Part shown: positions 47,206 through 56,319 of the stretch, in pieces
Numbering within the stretch: position 1 is the stretch's first letter
Layout: each line of letters begins with the position of its first letter
Origin: an uncultured Schlesneria sp.
GTDB taxonomy: Bacteria > Planctomycetota > Planctomycetia > Planctomycetales > Planctomycetaceae
Assembly (NCBI GenBank): GCA_903858935.1
Contig: CAIOKO010000070.1
Span: 14,003-78,002, forward strand
Direction: 5' to 3'
Length of the DNA: 64,000 bases
The notes under the pieces: model-generated
The model's input: the letters and a program-made list of their open reading frames with translations, nothing else
Told to the model about the DNA's origin: nothing
Databases searched by the model: none
Program-made: the position numbers and the translations under genes

Positions 47206-48597
47206 TCAGAAGTCAGCACTTTTGGGAGTTCGCGGGAACGGAATGCAATCACGGATGTTCGTCATTCCGGTAACAAGCTGCACCGTCCGTTCAAGTCCCA
47301 GTCCAAAGCCGCTGTGCGGGACGGTTCCGTATTGACGGAGTTCGAGATACCACCAGTAGTCTTCGGGAACAAGTCCGCATTCTTTCATCCGGTCAATAAG
47401 AACGTCATGCCGTTCTTCTCGCTGACTGCCACCGATGATTTCGCCGATACGAGGGACCAGAACATCCATCGCTCGAACTGTTTTGCCATCTTCATTACAG
47501 CGCATGTAGAACGACTTAATCGCCCGAGGGTAGTCGGTCAGAATCACCGGTTGTTTGAAATGTTGTTCCGTTAGAAAGCGTTCATGTTCCGACTGCAGGT
47601 CGTGGCCCCAGGCGACCGGGTATTCAAACTTATGCCCTGATGTCTCAAGGATTTTGACCGCATCAGTATACGTCAGGCGAATGAAGTCGTGCTCGACGAT
47701 GTTTTGTAATGAAGCCAGTAATGTCGGCTCGATCCGTTCATTGAAGAATTCAAGGTCCTCCGAGCAACGATTCAGAACATCTTTCACGATCGTGCGGACG
47801 AACGATTCGGCCAGGTCCATATTGTCTTCGAGTTCGTAGAAGGGCATTTCGGGTTCGACCATCCAGAATTCAGCCAGGTGCCTTGTCGTGTTCGAGTTTT
47901 CCGCTCGAAACGTAGGACCAAAGGTATAAACATCACCCACGGCCGTCGCGAAGATTTCCCCTTCAAGTTGACCACTGACCGTCAGCCCCGCCTTTTTTCC
48001 AAAGAAGTCGTGAGAATAATCAAGAGGTCCTTTGCTTTGTTGAAGTTTTGCCAGGTCAAGCGTCGTGACCTGAAACACCTGCCCGGCCCCTTCACAATCG
48101 CTGGTCGTAATAATGGGGGTCTGGACATAGAGGAATCCGCGGGCCTGAAAGAAATTATGGATCGCTGAGCAAAGAGCGTTTCGGATTCGTGCAATGGCAC
48201 CAAACGTGTTTGTTCGAGGTCTGAGATGTGCCTTCTCGCGAAGGAATTCGAAGCTGTGCCCTTTTTTTTGCAAAGGATAAGTTAAGGGATCGGCGGTACC
48301 GAGGACTTTCAAGGACTGGGCATGAACCTCAACCCGCTGGCCCTTACCAAGCGATTCCTTGATTTCGCCGACAACCGCGACACTGGCACCCGTCGAAATC
48401 TGCTTAATCAGTGAGGCGTAATCGGGAATTTTGGCGTCCACGACGATCTGCACGTTCTTCATGCAACTGCCATCGTTGATTTCAAGAAATGCGAAGTCCT
48501 GCTTCGATTCTCGCTTGGTACGGACCCATCCACGCACATCGACTGTCGTCCCCGGCTGACCGGCTTTTAATATCTGAGCAACTCGAGTAAGCGACAT
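47206..48597 (-). CDS. asnS: Asparagine--tRNA ligase
   Basis: [46 protein letters not shown]. Confidence 0.98.
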   Translation of the reverse strand: MSLTRVAQILKAGQPGTTVDVRGWVRTKRESKQDFAFLEINDGSCMKNVQIVVDAKIPDYASLIKQISTGASVAVVGEIKESLGKGQRVEVHAQSLKVLGTADPLTYPLQKKGHSFEFLREKAHLRPRTNTFGAIARIRNALCSAIHNFFQARGFLYVQTPIITTSDCEGAGQVFQVTTLDLAKLQQSKGPLDYSHDFFGKKAGLTVSGQLEGEIFATAVGDVYTFGPTFRAENSNTTRHLAEFWMVEPEMPFYELEDNMDLAESFVRTIVKDVLNRCSEDLEFFNERIEPTLLASLQNIVEHDFIRLTYTDAVKILETSGHKFEYPVAWGHDLQSEHERFLTEQHFKQPVILTDYPRAIKSFYMRCNEDGKTVRAMDVLVPRIGEIIGGSQREERHDVLIDRMKECGLVPEDYWWYLELRQYGTVPHSGFGLGLERTVQLVTGMTNIRDCIPFPRTPKSADF

Positions 48598-48865
48598 AAT
48601 GCCAATCCGTGGAGAAATACTGATCGTTCAATGGGCGCCGAATGGACGGAGCGAAAAGTCGAAGCAGGCAAGTCAAGGGAAGTTAGCCATCGGCTGGCCT
48701 TGATGTTCTTTTCTTTCTGGCATTCAGGCATGTTGATGTAGATATACCCGAATCGTCCGCGATCGAAAAGAAGTGTTTGAACGACCCGTTCGAAAGTGGC
48801 TGTAAGAAAACGGCATCAGTCACAACTGCCTGCATGTCGATGCGATCATCTGTCAAAGAATGAAG

Positions 48866-48896
48866 ACGGCCCCCGAAAGAATTCGGAGGCCGCCGT
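48866..48896 (-). terminator. Probable terminator hairpin downstream of the Cys-rich gene
   Basis: cggcc-cccgaa-aga-attcgga-ggccg imperfect GC stem ~60 bp after the stop. Confidence 0.45.
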
Positions 48897-48953
48897 TTCG
48901 TTGTAGTATGTCATCTCAGGGTGTCTGAGATGGTTTGTCTTTCATTCGCTGAA

Positions 48954-50237
48954 TCAGATCCGCATTCCGAGGAGGGTCGACAGGTGGCCCTTGCGGGTCG
49001 ATCCGGTCTTTTCCATTGGAGGAACTGGAGCTGGCGAAGCTGGTTCAACAACTGGAGCAACCGAAGGAGCACAGCCAGTGCTGTTGCATCCGCTTGAGCT
49101 GCATCCGGTTGAGCAGCAGCTGTCGCAGTTGCCATCTACGATATCGTATCCGCACAAGCGAAGAGCTTGTTCGGCTTGGCGTCGGACGCCACGATCGCAG
49201 TCACCAAGAGCACAGGTCAAGGCGGCTACGACTTCTGGGCAGCAGCAGCAGTTCGCACGAATCTGATCACCAATCTTATCGGCAGCAGTGCTGCGAACTC
49301 GTTCATCAGCATCGTTCAATCCGTAGATGAACGCTGACATGATTTCTGGGTTGCAGATGCAGTCATATCGGTTACCGAGTTTGCGAAGAGCAGCAGCTCG
49401 TTGACGAGCATAGCAAGCGGTTTGCGATGTGTAGATCAACTTGGCGATATCGCAAGCATTCGCATTGCAGCATCGTGTTTCAACTGGAGGTACACAAGTC
49501 GCTGCGGGAGCACCGCAGCTTGGATCACTTGGAGCACCACAAGTTGGAGCACAAGCTGAAGCACAGTTGTGCTTAGCGAACAGACCCTTCAGAAATCCAC
49601 AGCCCAACAGGCTGCCATGTGATTTCGTCCCACAGGTCGTAGCTGGTGTGCAGCTCGTTGCAGGAGCAGCACAAGCTGGAGCACAACCGTTTCCGCCACC
49701 GGTGCCGCAAGCGGCAGCAGGAGCAGCACAAGCTGGAGCACAGCCGTTTCCGCCACCGTTACCGCAAGCGGCAGCAGGAGCAGCACAAGCTGGAGCACAG
49801 CTGCCAGCACCAGCACCAGCACCAACACAGTTGGCAGCAGGAGCAGCACATCCAGGAGCACAGCTGTTACCTGAACCGCAGAGTGACGCAGGAGCGGCAC
49901 AAGCGGGAGCACAACCATTTCCTGAACCACAAGCAGCAGGAGCGGCACAACCATTGCCACTGTTTCCGCAAGCACTGCCTGTGTGACCACATGCACCTGG
50001 ACCACATGAGTCACAGCATGGTGGCTTAATATCCGAACATTTTCTTTGATACGTGTGAACCGTTGGACCGCAAGGTCGAACGATTACGGGTTTACAACAG
50101 GCTGGCTGCGTCGTCGCGGCACAACCACAACTCTTGGCAGCACCACAGGCTCCAGTGAGACCACAGAAACCAGCGTCGGCCAGATTAGCCATGCTCATGG
50201 CGGCGAGCACAGCACCACAGAACTTGATCCATCGCAT
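48954..50237 (-). CDS. Secreted cysteine-rich protein with CAPACAAP repeats and C-terminal HEAT-like repeats
   Basis: Signal peptide MRWIKF…ADA; 57 Cys in 427 aa (hand count); LNDADERVRSTAA and LGDCDRGVRRQAEQAL; GAAGGAG RBS. Confidence 0.88.
   Translation of the reverse strand: MRWIKFCGAVLAAMSMANLADAGFCGLTGACGAAKSCGCAATTQPACCKPVIVRPCGPTVHTYQRKCSDIKPPCCDSCGPGACGHTGSACGNSGNGCAAPAACGSGNGCAPACAAPASLCGSGNSCAPGCAAPAANCVGAGAGAGSCAPACAAPAAACGNGGGNGCAPACAAPAAACGTGGGNGCAPACAAPATSCTPATTCGTKSHGSLLGCGFLKGLFAKHNCASACAPTCGAPSDPSCGAPAATCVPPVETRCCNANACDIAKLIYTSQTACYARQRAAALRKLGNRYDCICNPEIMSAFIYGLNDADERVRSTAADKIGDQIRANCCCCPEVVAALTCALGDCDRGVRRQAEQALRLCGYDIVDGNCDSCCSTGCSSSGCNSTGCAPSVAPVVEPASPAPVPPMEKTGSTRKGHLSTLLGMRI
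49662..49800 (-). repeat. Intragenic 57-bp tandem repeat (19 aa unit CAPACAAPAAACG[NT]GGGNG)
   Basis: gcaggagcagcacaagctggagcaca recurs at 57-bp spacing, with more degenerate units flanking. Confidence 0.85.
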
Positions 50238-50939
50238 AAGACAACGTCTCCTTCCCTTGGGATTCTCAAAACAAATGAGTCTTCGCTGACTCATTTCCGA
50301 CCGGGATTGTGAGCCTAGGAACCCCAGGCGGCGCACTCCGAAGTCCTTGGAGGATGCAAACCGCCCGCGACGCGCGTCGCAGTTCTTTCGACTTTGTCGA
50401 AATTCAATTCCCGGTCGAGCTAATCGTCGACAAACGCACTCTCCATTTAAAATCTATGCAACAGCCGAAACCGACTGCCGCCCCCCTCACAGCCCACGCT
50501 ACGTTCGTTTCATTTCATTGCTATGAACTTCGCTACATGCGGGTCTGGACATTGGATCGGCGGTGTAACCAGCAGCTCTTGAATATCACAAGCTGTTATT
50601 TTTCAAGGAGTTGGCGTCATTTTTGATCGCGGTTATAATGCCTGTAGCGGTCAGTCAAAATGGACGTGACTTTAACGCCGTCAAAGTCAACGCTTTTTCA
50701 AAACAAGCTTCACAATAGGTAAAATATTTCTACTTTGGTAAGATATGTGAGTTTGTTTTGCCTATACGGATTGTTCCCAAAACGACGAGGCTAAACTGCC
50801 ATGCCCGGTAGCGAGTGGAGCGAACATGCGGGTCGTGTAGCGGATCTTCTCACGAGACTGTACCCTGAAAGGCTTTGACGGTCGGTGAGATACGCCATTT
50901 CTGAATTGGTTCTTTGACCAAATCCTTAAGACACACGCC

Positions 50940-53570
50940 ATGGGTCTCAATTCATTACGGATACAAACCTGTTTTCATTTCTCCGTTGCATTCGCGATTG
51001 CAATGTTCGGGATGAAATCGTCGTCGTTGGCCCAGACGGAACAGACTGAGACGGTGGTCAACAATTTACCAACCGTCGAATCGACTCCCTCGAATGATTT
51101 TCAATTCTCTGTGGTGCGGCTTTCCACGGGAGGAAGCTACGTTTACGTACCCGAGAAATGGGGCGAACTTCACTTCAGCATTGTGAACGCCCGCGAAGTA
51201 CCTCGCGAAATGATTTGCGCAACGTCTTTCGACGAACAACCCCAGTTGCAGTTCGGCCGGCGGATTTGGGTTCCTGCGAAATCGGTTTTACGGATTTCGC
51301 ATCCGATTGTAATCCCCAAATATGATGAAAGTCGAGGACGCGTATTGAACTTGCATACGGTGGTACTCGACGCTTCGGAGAAAGACGAAGTCTTTTTAAA
51401 GAACGATTCTGGACAGAATCTTCACGACGGGGCATTGGTTATCACGCGTTCTCCACAGATTACCGGCCTGGTCAATTCGCTCGGAGAAGCGAATGGTCAG
51501 TTGCCGGACGCCGTTTCAGAATTGATCCAGGCCGGCCGAACCAGTCAAAAATTGACAAGTCAAGTTGTGTCGCTGTACGACCAGTTTCTTCCAGCCGACG
51601 CAAGTGGCCTGCATTCGTACGACCAGATCGTGATCGCAGACAATCGGATCACAAACGACTTTGCCGCACTGGGGGCTTTGCGTCACTGGCTTCATGCGGG
51701 TGGACATCTCTGGGTGATGCTCGATCGAGCCGACCCCATCGTACTTGAGCGACTGTTGGGCGACGAATTTACCGGACAGGTTTTGGATCGGGTCAGACTG
51801 ACATCCGTACGAGTAGATCGAGCTCCGACGTTAACCGATGTTGATGGGATGACCGGAGAGGTTGTCGAATACGAAGAACCGGTTGATTTAGTACGCATGG
51901 TCTCTTCAAATCTGGACGTCCTGTATCGGGTCAATGGCTGGCCTGCCCTGACGACAATAGCGGTTGGAGAAGGCAAGGTTTTTATTACGACTTTGGGTCC
52001 CCACGGATGGATGAAGCCGACCCCGCCCAATGCGAAACAATCGTCTGATCCATCGAAGACGTCTGATTACACTGCCACCGGGCCGATGAACGACTTTGCG
52101 ACGGAGTTCTTCAGTCAGCGAGAACCCGAATTGCTGCCGCTGACTTCGCTCGAACCTCAAGTTCGGGATTACATTGGATATTCGATCCCCTCGTGGAACA
52201 TGATCGTTGGCACACTTTTTGGTTTCGCCACATTTCTCTTTGCCATCGGAATTCTGCTGCTGCGTATTGGCCGACTTGAGCATCTCGGTTGGATTGGATC
52301 GTTGATGGCGATTGCGGTGAGCGTTCTTTTGCTATCGGTTGGCCGTTCTTACCGGCATGGAATCCCTGGAACCGTAGCCAGTGTCCAGCTGGTTCAGGCC
52401 ATCAAGGGTACGGACGATACCCGAACACAAGGCCTGGTCGCTGTCTACCAGCCGGAAGGGACGCGTTCGAAAATCAAAGTCAACGGCGGAGGCCGGATGA
52501 TGCCCGATATGACCGGTCTCGAAAACGCAACTCGCCGAATGGTTTCGACCGATCTTGGGGCGTGGTATTGGGAAAACCTGGCTCAGCCCGCCGGGCTGAG
52601 AGCCACTGAATTCACCCGGGCAGAAACCGTCATGGATCGGATCGAGGCCCATGCAACGTTTGATGGCAACGGTCTCGTCGGGACGTACTCCGGTGGTCTT
52701 GCCGCAGGAACCGATGCACTGATCGCGACACGCAGCGGCCGCCTCGCAGTGACATTTGACGGTCCTGGAAGATTCGTCGCCCGGGCCAATGATGTGTTCG
52801 AGAAAGATCAGTATCTGAATGCTGATCTGGTCAGCGATGAACAGGATCGACGTCGACGGACTTTTGAAAAGCTTCTGGCTCATCCTAAACGGACAGAATA
52901 TCCCGTTAAACCACAATTGATGTTCTGGTCTGATCAGTGGGAACATGGGTTTGAATTTGGGGACGGACTGAAAAGACAGGGATCAACGCTTGTCGCAGTT
53001 CCCCTGAACTTCGACCGGCCGGTAAATGGGACGAAGTTTTTGATTCCTTCGCCATTACTCACCTATCGAAATCGGACTCAACCCGATGGGGAACCCAGTT
53101 CGACGTTGTGGAACTATGGACGGAAGGAATGGCATGAACGTTCATCACCAGGTATCGCCTGGTTGAGATTTCAAATTCCCAGGGAACTTCTGCCGCTGAC
53201 CGCAAACCAGGCGCGGATTGATCTTACGGTGACCGGGCCAATCGGCCGCGTCGAAATTATGGGACTCAAAAACGGCAAAGTGATCAGTCTCCGAACAGTC
53301 ATGGACCCCGTTGGGGACTTGTCGATCGACGTGAACGACTCCGAGGCCCTTTCGATCGACGAGGATGGAGGGTTATCGCTGGGACTCTACGCCGGCGATC
53401 CAAATCGTCCCGAGTTGACTCATTCCGCCGGAAAACCTGCAGTGAATGCGACCGGCCAGGCCGCTAACGACGCGAGTCGAAATACAAAAGTGAACTACTG
53501 GCGAATCGAGTCGCTGACAATGCAACTTTGGGTGACGGCAACTGAACCGACCGCGAGAGCTGAAAAATGA
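50940..53570 (+). CDS. Large membrane-anchored hypothetical protein associated with ABC transporter
   Basis: 876-aa ORF with signal-like N-terminus and two central TM helices; ATGA overlap with the ABC ATPase; start uncertain. Confidence 0.8.
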   Translation: MGLNSLRIQTCFHFSVAFAIAMFGMKSSSLAQTEQTETVVNNLPTVESTPSNDFQFSVVRLSTGGSYVYVPEKWGELHFSIVNAREVPREMICATSFDEQPQLQFGRRIWVPAKSVLRISHPIVIPKYDESRGRVLNLHTVVLDASEKDEVFLKNDSGQNLHDGALVITRSPQITGLVNSLGEANGQLPDAVSELIQAGRTSQKLTSQVVSLYDQFLPADASGLHSYDQIVIADNRITNDFAALGALRHWLHAGGHLWVMLDRADPIVLERLLGDEFTGQVLDRVRLTSVRVDRAPTLTDVDGMTGEVVEYEEPVDLVRMVSSNLDVLYRVNGWPALTTIAVGEGKVFITTLGPHGWMKPTPPNAKQSSDPSKTSDYTATGPMNDFATEFFSQREPELLPLTSLEPQVRDYIGYSIPSWNMIVGTLFGFATFLFAIGILLLRIGRLEHLGWIGSLMAIAVSVLLLSVGRSYRHGIPGTVASVQLVQAIKGTDDTRTQGLVAVYQPEGTRSKIKVNGGGRMMPDMTGLENATRRMVSTDLGAWYWENLAQPAGLRATEFTRAETVMDRIEAHATFDGNGLVGTYSGGLAAGTDALIATRSGRLAVTFDGPGRFVARANDVFEKDQYLNADLVSDEQDRRRRTFEKLLAHPKRTEYPVKPQLMFWSDQWEHGFEFGDGLKRQGSTLVAVPLNFDRPVNGTKFLIPSPLLTYRNRTQPDGEPSSTLWNYGRKEWHERSSPGIAWLRFQIPRELLPLTANQARIDLTVTGPIGRVEIMGLKNGKVISLRTVMDPVGDLSIDVNDSEALSIDEDGGLSLGLYAGDPNRPELTHSAGKPAVNATGQAANDASRNTKVNYWRIESLTMQLWVTATEPTARAEK

Positions 53571-54592
53571 CAACTGACCAACCGCGTAAGACGGCGACAG
53601 ATATTCCGGTCGTGGTGTTGGAGCATCTGACAAAGCAATATGGTTCCTTCACAGCTCTGAATGATTTAACACTGACGTTAAATGCAGGTCAGATTCTGGG
53701 CCTGATCGGGCCGAACGGCGCAGGAAAGACAACCGCCATCAAGATTCTGGTCGGTTTGATCCGCCCCACCTCAGGGACGGCAAAAATCGATGGAGTCGAT
53801 TGCGTTAGTGACTCGGCCAGAATCAAACGCCTGGTCGGATACATGCCGGACACGTTTGGTTCTTACGACAATATGCGGGTTCGTGAATATCTGGATTTTT
53901 TCGGAGCAACATTCGGAATCGCACCTCGCGCCCGGGCCAAACGAATCGGTGAGGTCATGGAGACGACCGGCACGGAATACATGAAAGATCGTTTCGTGGA
54001 AAGCCTCAGCCACGGGATGCAGCAACGAGTCGGTCTGGCTCGCACATTATTACACGACCCCAAGGTGCTGATTCTTGACGAACCCGTCAACGGACTTGAT
54101 CCCCAGGCTCGAATCGAAATGCGAGACCTTCTGATCCAACTCGCAAAACGAGGAAAGACGCTGCTTGTCACAAGCCACATCCTGCCAGAATTGACTCGAA
54201 TCTGTGATCGCGTCGCCATCATGACTCACGGCAAATTACGAGCCTTCGGGACGGTCGAAGAAATCGGACGTCAGGTCAGCCAGCAGCGAACAATCGAATC
54301 ACACCTTGTTTCAGCCGATCAGGTCTCGATCGCCGCGAACATTATCCGACAAGCGATCGAACCTGGAGCCGATGTCGTAGAAGCTCCGGCGGAAGCAATC
54401 GTACGCTTCCGAACGGCTCGACCTGAATCCGAACTTGGCGAAGTCCTCGCTCAATTGATTCAAAAAGGAATCCGGGTCACGCAATTCCGCGAAGTACAAA
54501 CCGACCTTGAAGAAGCGTTCATGTCGTTCACAAGGCCTCAGCAGGGAATTGTCGCCACACCCGTCCCAGCGGGAGGTCAAACCCATGCTTAA
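53567..54592 (+). CDS. ABC transporter ATP-binding protein (ABC-2 exporter type)
   Basis: GPNGAGKTT, LSHGMQQR, LILDEP. Confidence 0.95.
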   Translation: MTTDQPRKTATDIPVVVLEHLTKQYGSFTALNDLTLTLNAGQILGLIGPNGAGKTTAIKILVGLIRPTSGTAKIDGVDCVSDSARIKRLVGYMPDTFGSYDNMRVREYLDFFGATFGIAPRARAKRIGEVMETTGTEYMKDRFVESLSHGMQQRVGLARTLLHDPKVLILDEPVNGLDPQARIEMRDLLIQLAKRGKTLLVTSHILPELTRICDRVAIMTHGKLRAFGTVEEIGRQVSQQRTIESHLVSADQVSIAANIIRQAIEPGADVVEAPAEAIVRFRTARPESELGEVLAQLIQKGIRVTQFREVQTDLEEAFMSFTRPQQGIVATPVPAGGQTHA

Positions 54593-56243
54593 GGCGATGG
54601 TAAAGCGAGAACTGACGACGCTGATGCGGCGACGCAGAATGATGGCGCTGCAATGCGGACTTGTTGCTTTATTCGCGGTCCTGGTCGCGATTCGATGGCC
54701 GACCGATGCTCGCATGGCGTTAACGGGAAGTCGTTCACAGCAGGTCTTTCAGCTTTTCGGATACGGATTGCTGGCGACGCTCCTGCTCATCATGCCTGTT
54801 TTTCCCGCGACGAGCATCGTCCGGGAAAAAAAACAGGGAACATTGGCTTTACTGTTGAACACTCCGCTTGGTCCGTGGCGGATTTTTTTCGGCAAGCTGA
54901 CGGCGGTGCTCGCACTTTCGGGGATCATTCTCGTAATGAGCCTTCCTGCTGCAAGCGCCTGCTATGCAATGGGTGGGCTGTCGCTCTATGACGATATAGC
55001 AAAGGTCTATCAAGTCCTGATCGTCGCGGCCCTGGAATACGCCGTCCTGGGACTGCTCGTGAGTACGTATTCGAATTCGATCGATTCGGCCGTACGGTTA
55101 ACCTATGGACTGGTCCTCGGACTCAGCGTTATGACTCTTGGTCCACACTATTTCTTTCAGGGGACAAAAGGATATCTGGCAGAGATTGGTGACGTTCTCT
55201 ATTCGCTTTCACCATTCGCAGCCATGATGTCGTTAACGGGTGTCGGTGATGTCGGAAGCAAAGGGTTAATCACGAAAACCGAATTGCTTGGACGATTCAC
55301 CGTGACGTCGCTGATTGTGTCGGTGATCGCCAGCATCTGGTCAGTCTCACGCTTAAATCACACGATTTTCGACCAGGCCCGGTCCCAGGGAACGATTAGT
55401 GATGATCAAACTCAGTCGGTGCGATTTTTTCGTCGGCTTTTCTTTCTGGTCGACCCTCAACGACGTTCGAGTAACATTTCTTCCTTCGCCAATCCCATTA
55501 CCGTAAAGGAGTTCCGCTGTCGACGATTCGGGCGACTCCATTGGCTGTTGAGGCTGGTTGCCATATGCGCTGTTCTGTCACTCGGCCTGACGTATGCAAC
55601 AACGGCAGGAACGTTCGATTGGGGTGTGGAAACGATCGGCGGGATCATGGTCGTGATGCAGGTGGCACTACTGGCACTGATCACCCCCAGTCTTTCTGCC
55701 GGACTGTTGAGCAGCGAACGCGAAAGCCGGGGCTGGCAACTGCTTCAAACAACTCCGATGTCGATCACGCGCATTGTCTGGGGCAAGTTGTTAAGCGTGA
55801 TTCTGCCACTGATGCTGATTCTGTGTGCCACTCTTCCTGGCTACGTGGTCATGGTCTATATCGAACCGGGAATGAAATTGCAGGTTGAGCGAGTGATTAT
55901 CTGCCTGGCAGCAATGGCGGTTTTCGCGATGTTGTTGAGCGCCGCCGTAGGAAGCTTGTTCAAGCGCACTGCCGCCGCAACGGCAGCGGCTTACGGTGCC
56001 CTGCTGTCGATTTGCGCTCTGCCATTATTGGTCTGGCTGGGGCGAGATGCTCCTTTCGGGCACAAGACCGTCGAAGCGGCACTGTCAGTCAATCCCATCG
56101 CAGCCGCATTATCGGTGATTCGGATGCCCGGTTTTCAGGATTACTCACTGATCCCGGCAAATTGGTGGTTCCTGGGAATTGGATCGATCACTTCTTTATT
56201 GATCCTTCTGGCACAGACCTACCGTATTTCCCGTCCGCAATGA
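54585..56243 (+). CDS. ABC-2 type permease with two tandem membrane domains
   Basis: Repeated A.SI..E…GT..LL..TP motifs (EKKQGTLALLLNTP and ERESRGWQLLQTTP). Confidence 0.9.
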   Translation: MLKAMVKRELTTLMRRRRMMALQCGLVALFAVLVAIRWPTDARMALTGSRSQQVFQLFGYGLLATLLLIMPVFPATSIVREKKQGTLALLLNTPLGPWRIFFGKLTAVLALSGIILVMSLPAASACYAMGGLSLYDDIAKVYQVLIVAALEYAVLGLLVSTYSNSIDSAVRLTYGLVLGLSVMTLGPHYFFQGTKGYLAEIGDVLYSLSPFAAMMSLTGVGDVGSKGLITKTELLGRFTVTSLIVSVIASIWSVSRLNHTIFDQARSQGTISDDQTQSVRFFRRLFFLVDPQRRSSNISSFANPITVKEFRCRRFGRLHWLLRLVAICAVLSLGLTYATTAGTFDWGVETIGGIMVVMQVALLALITPSLSAGLLSSERESRGWQLLQTTPMSITRIVWGKLLSVILPLMLILCATLPGYVVMVYIEPGMKLQVERVIICLAAMAVFAMLLSAAVGSLFKRTAAATAAAYGALLSICALPLLVWLGRDAPFGHKTVEAALSVNPIAAALSVIRMPGFQDYSLIPANWWFLGIGSITSLLILLAQTYRISRPQ

Positions 56244-56319
56244 GCGCCGAAAGGCTCTGTTTTCTGCACGTAGTGACGTTGTGAACGATCGCAATATTTT
56301 TGTCCTGAGATCATCAGCC

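Noticed and set aside
48991-50029. Long overlapping ORFs with poly-Q/H or LLL repeats (49016-49330, 49441-49986, 49589-50014, 49646-50029)
   Set aside because: Shadow frames of the repetitive, codon-biased Cys-rich gene
50770-50825. ggctaaac…ggtagcg resembling the 3' half of a c-di-GMP-I riboswitch
   Set aside because: The required upstream GGCAAACC…GAAA…GACGCAAA hairpin is absent
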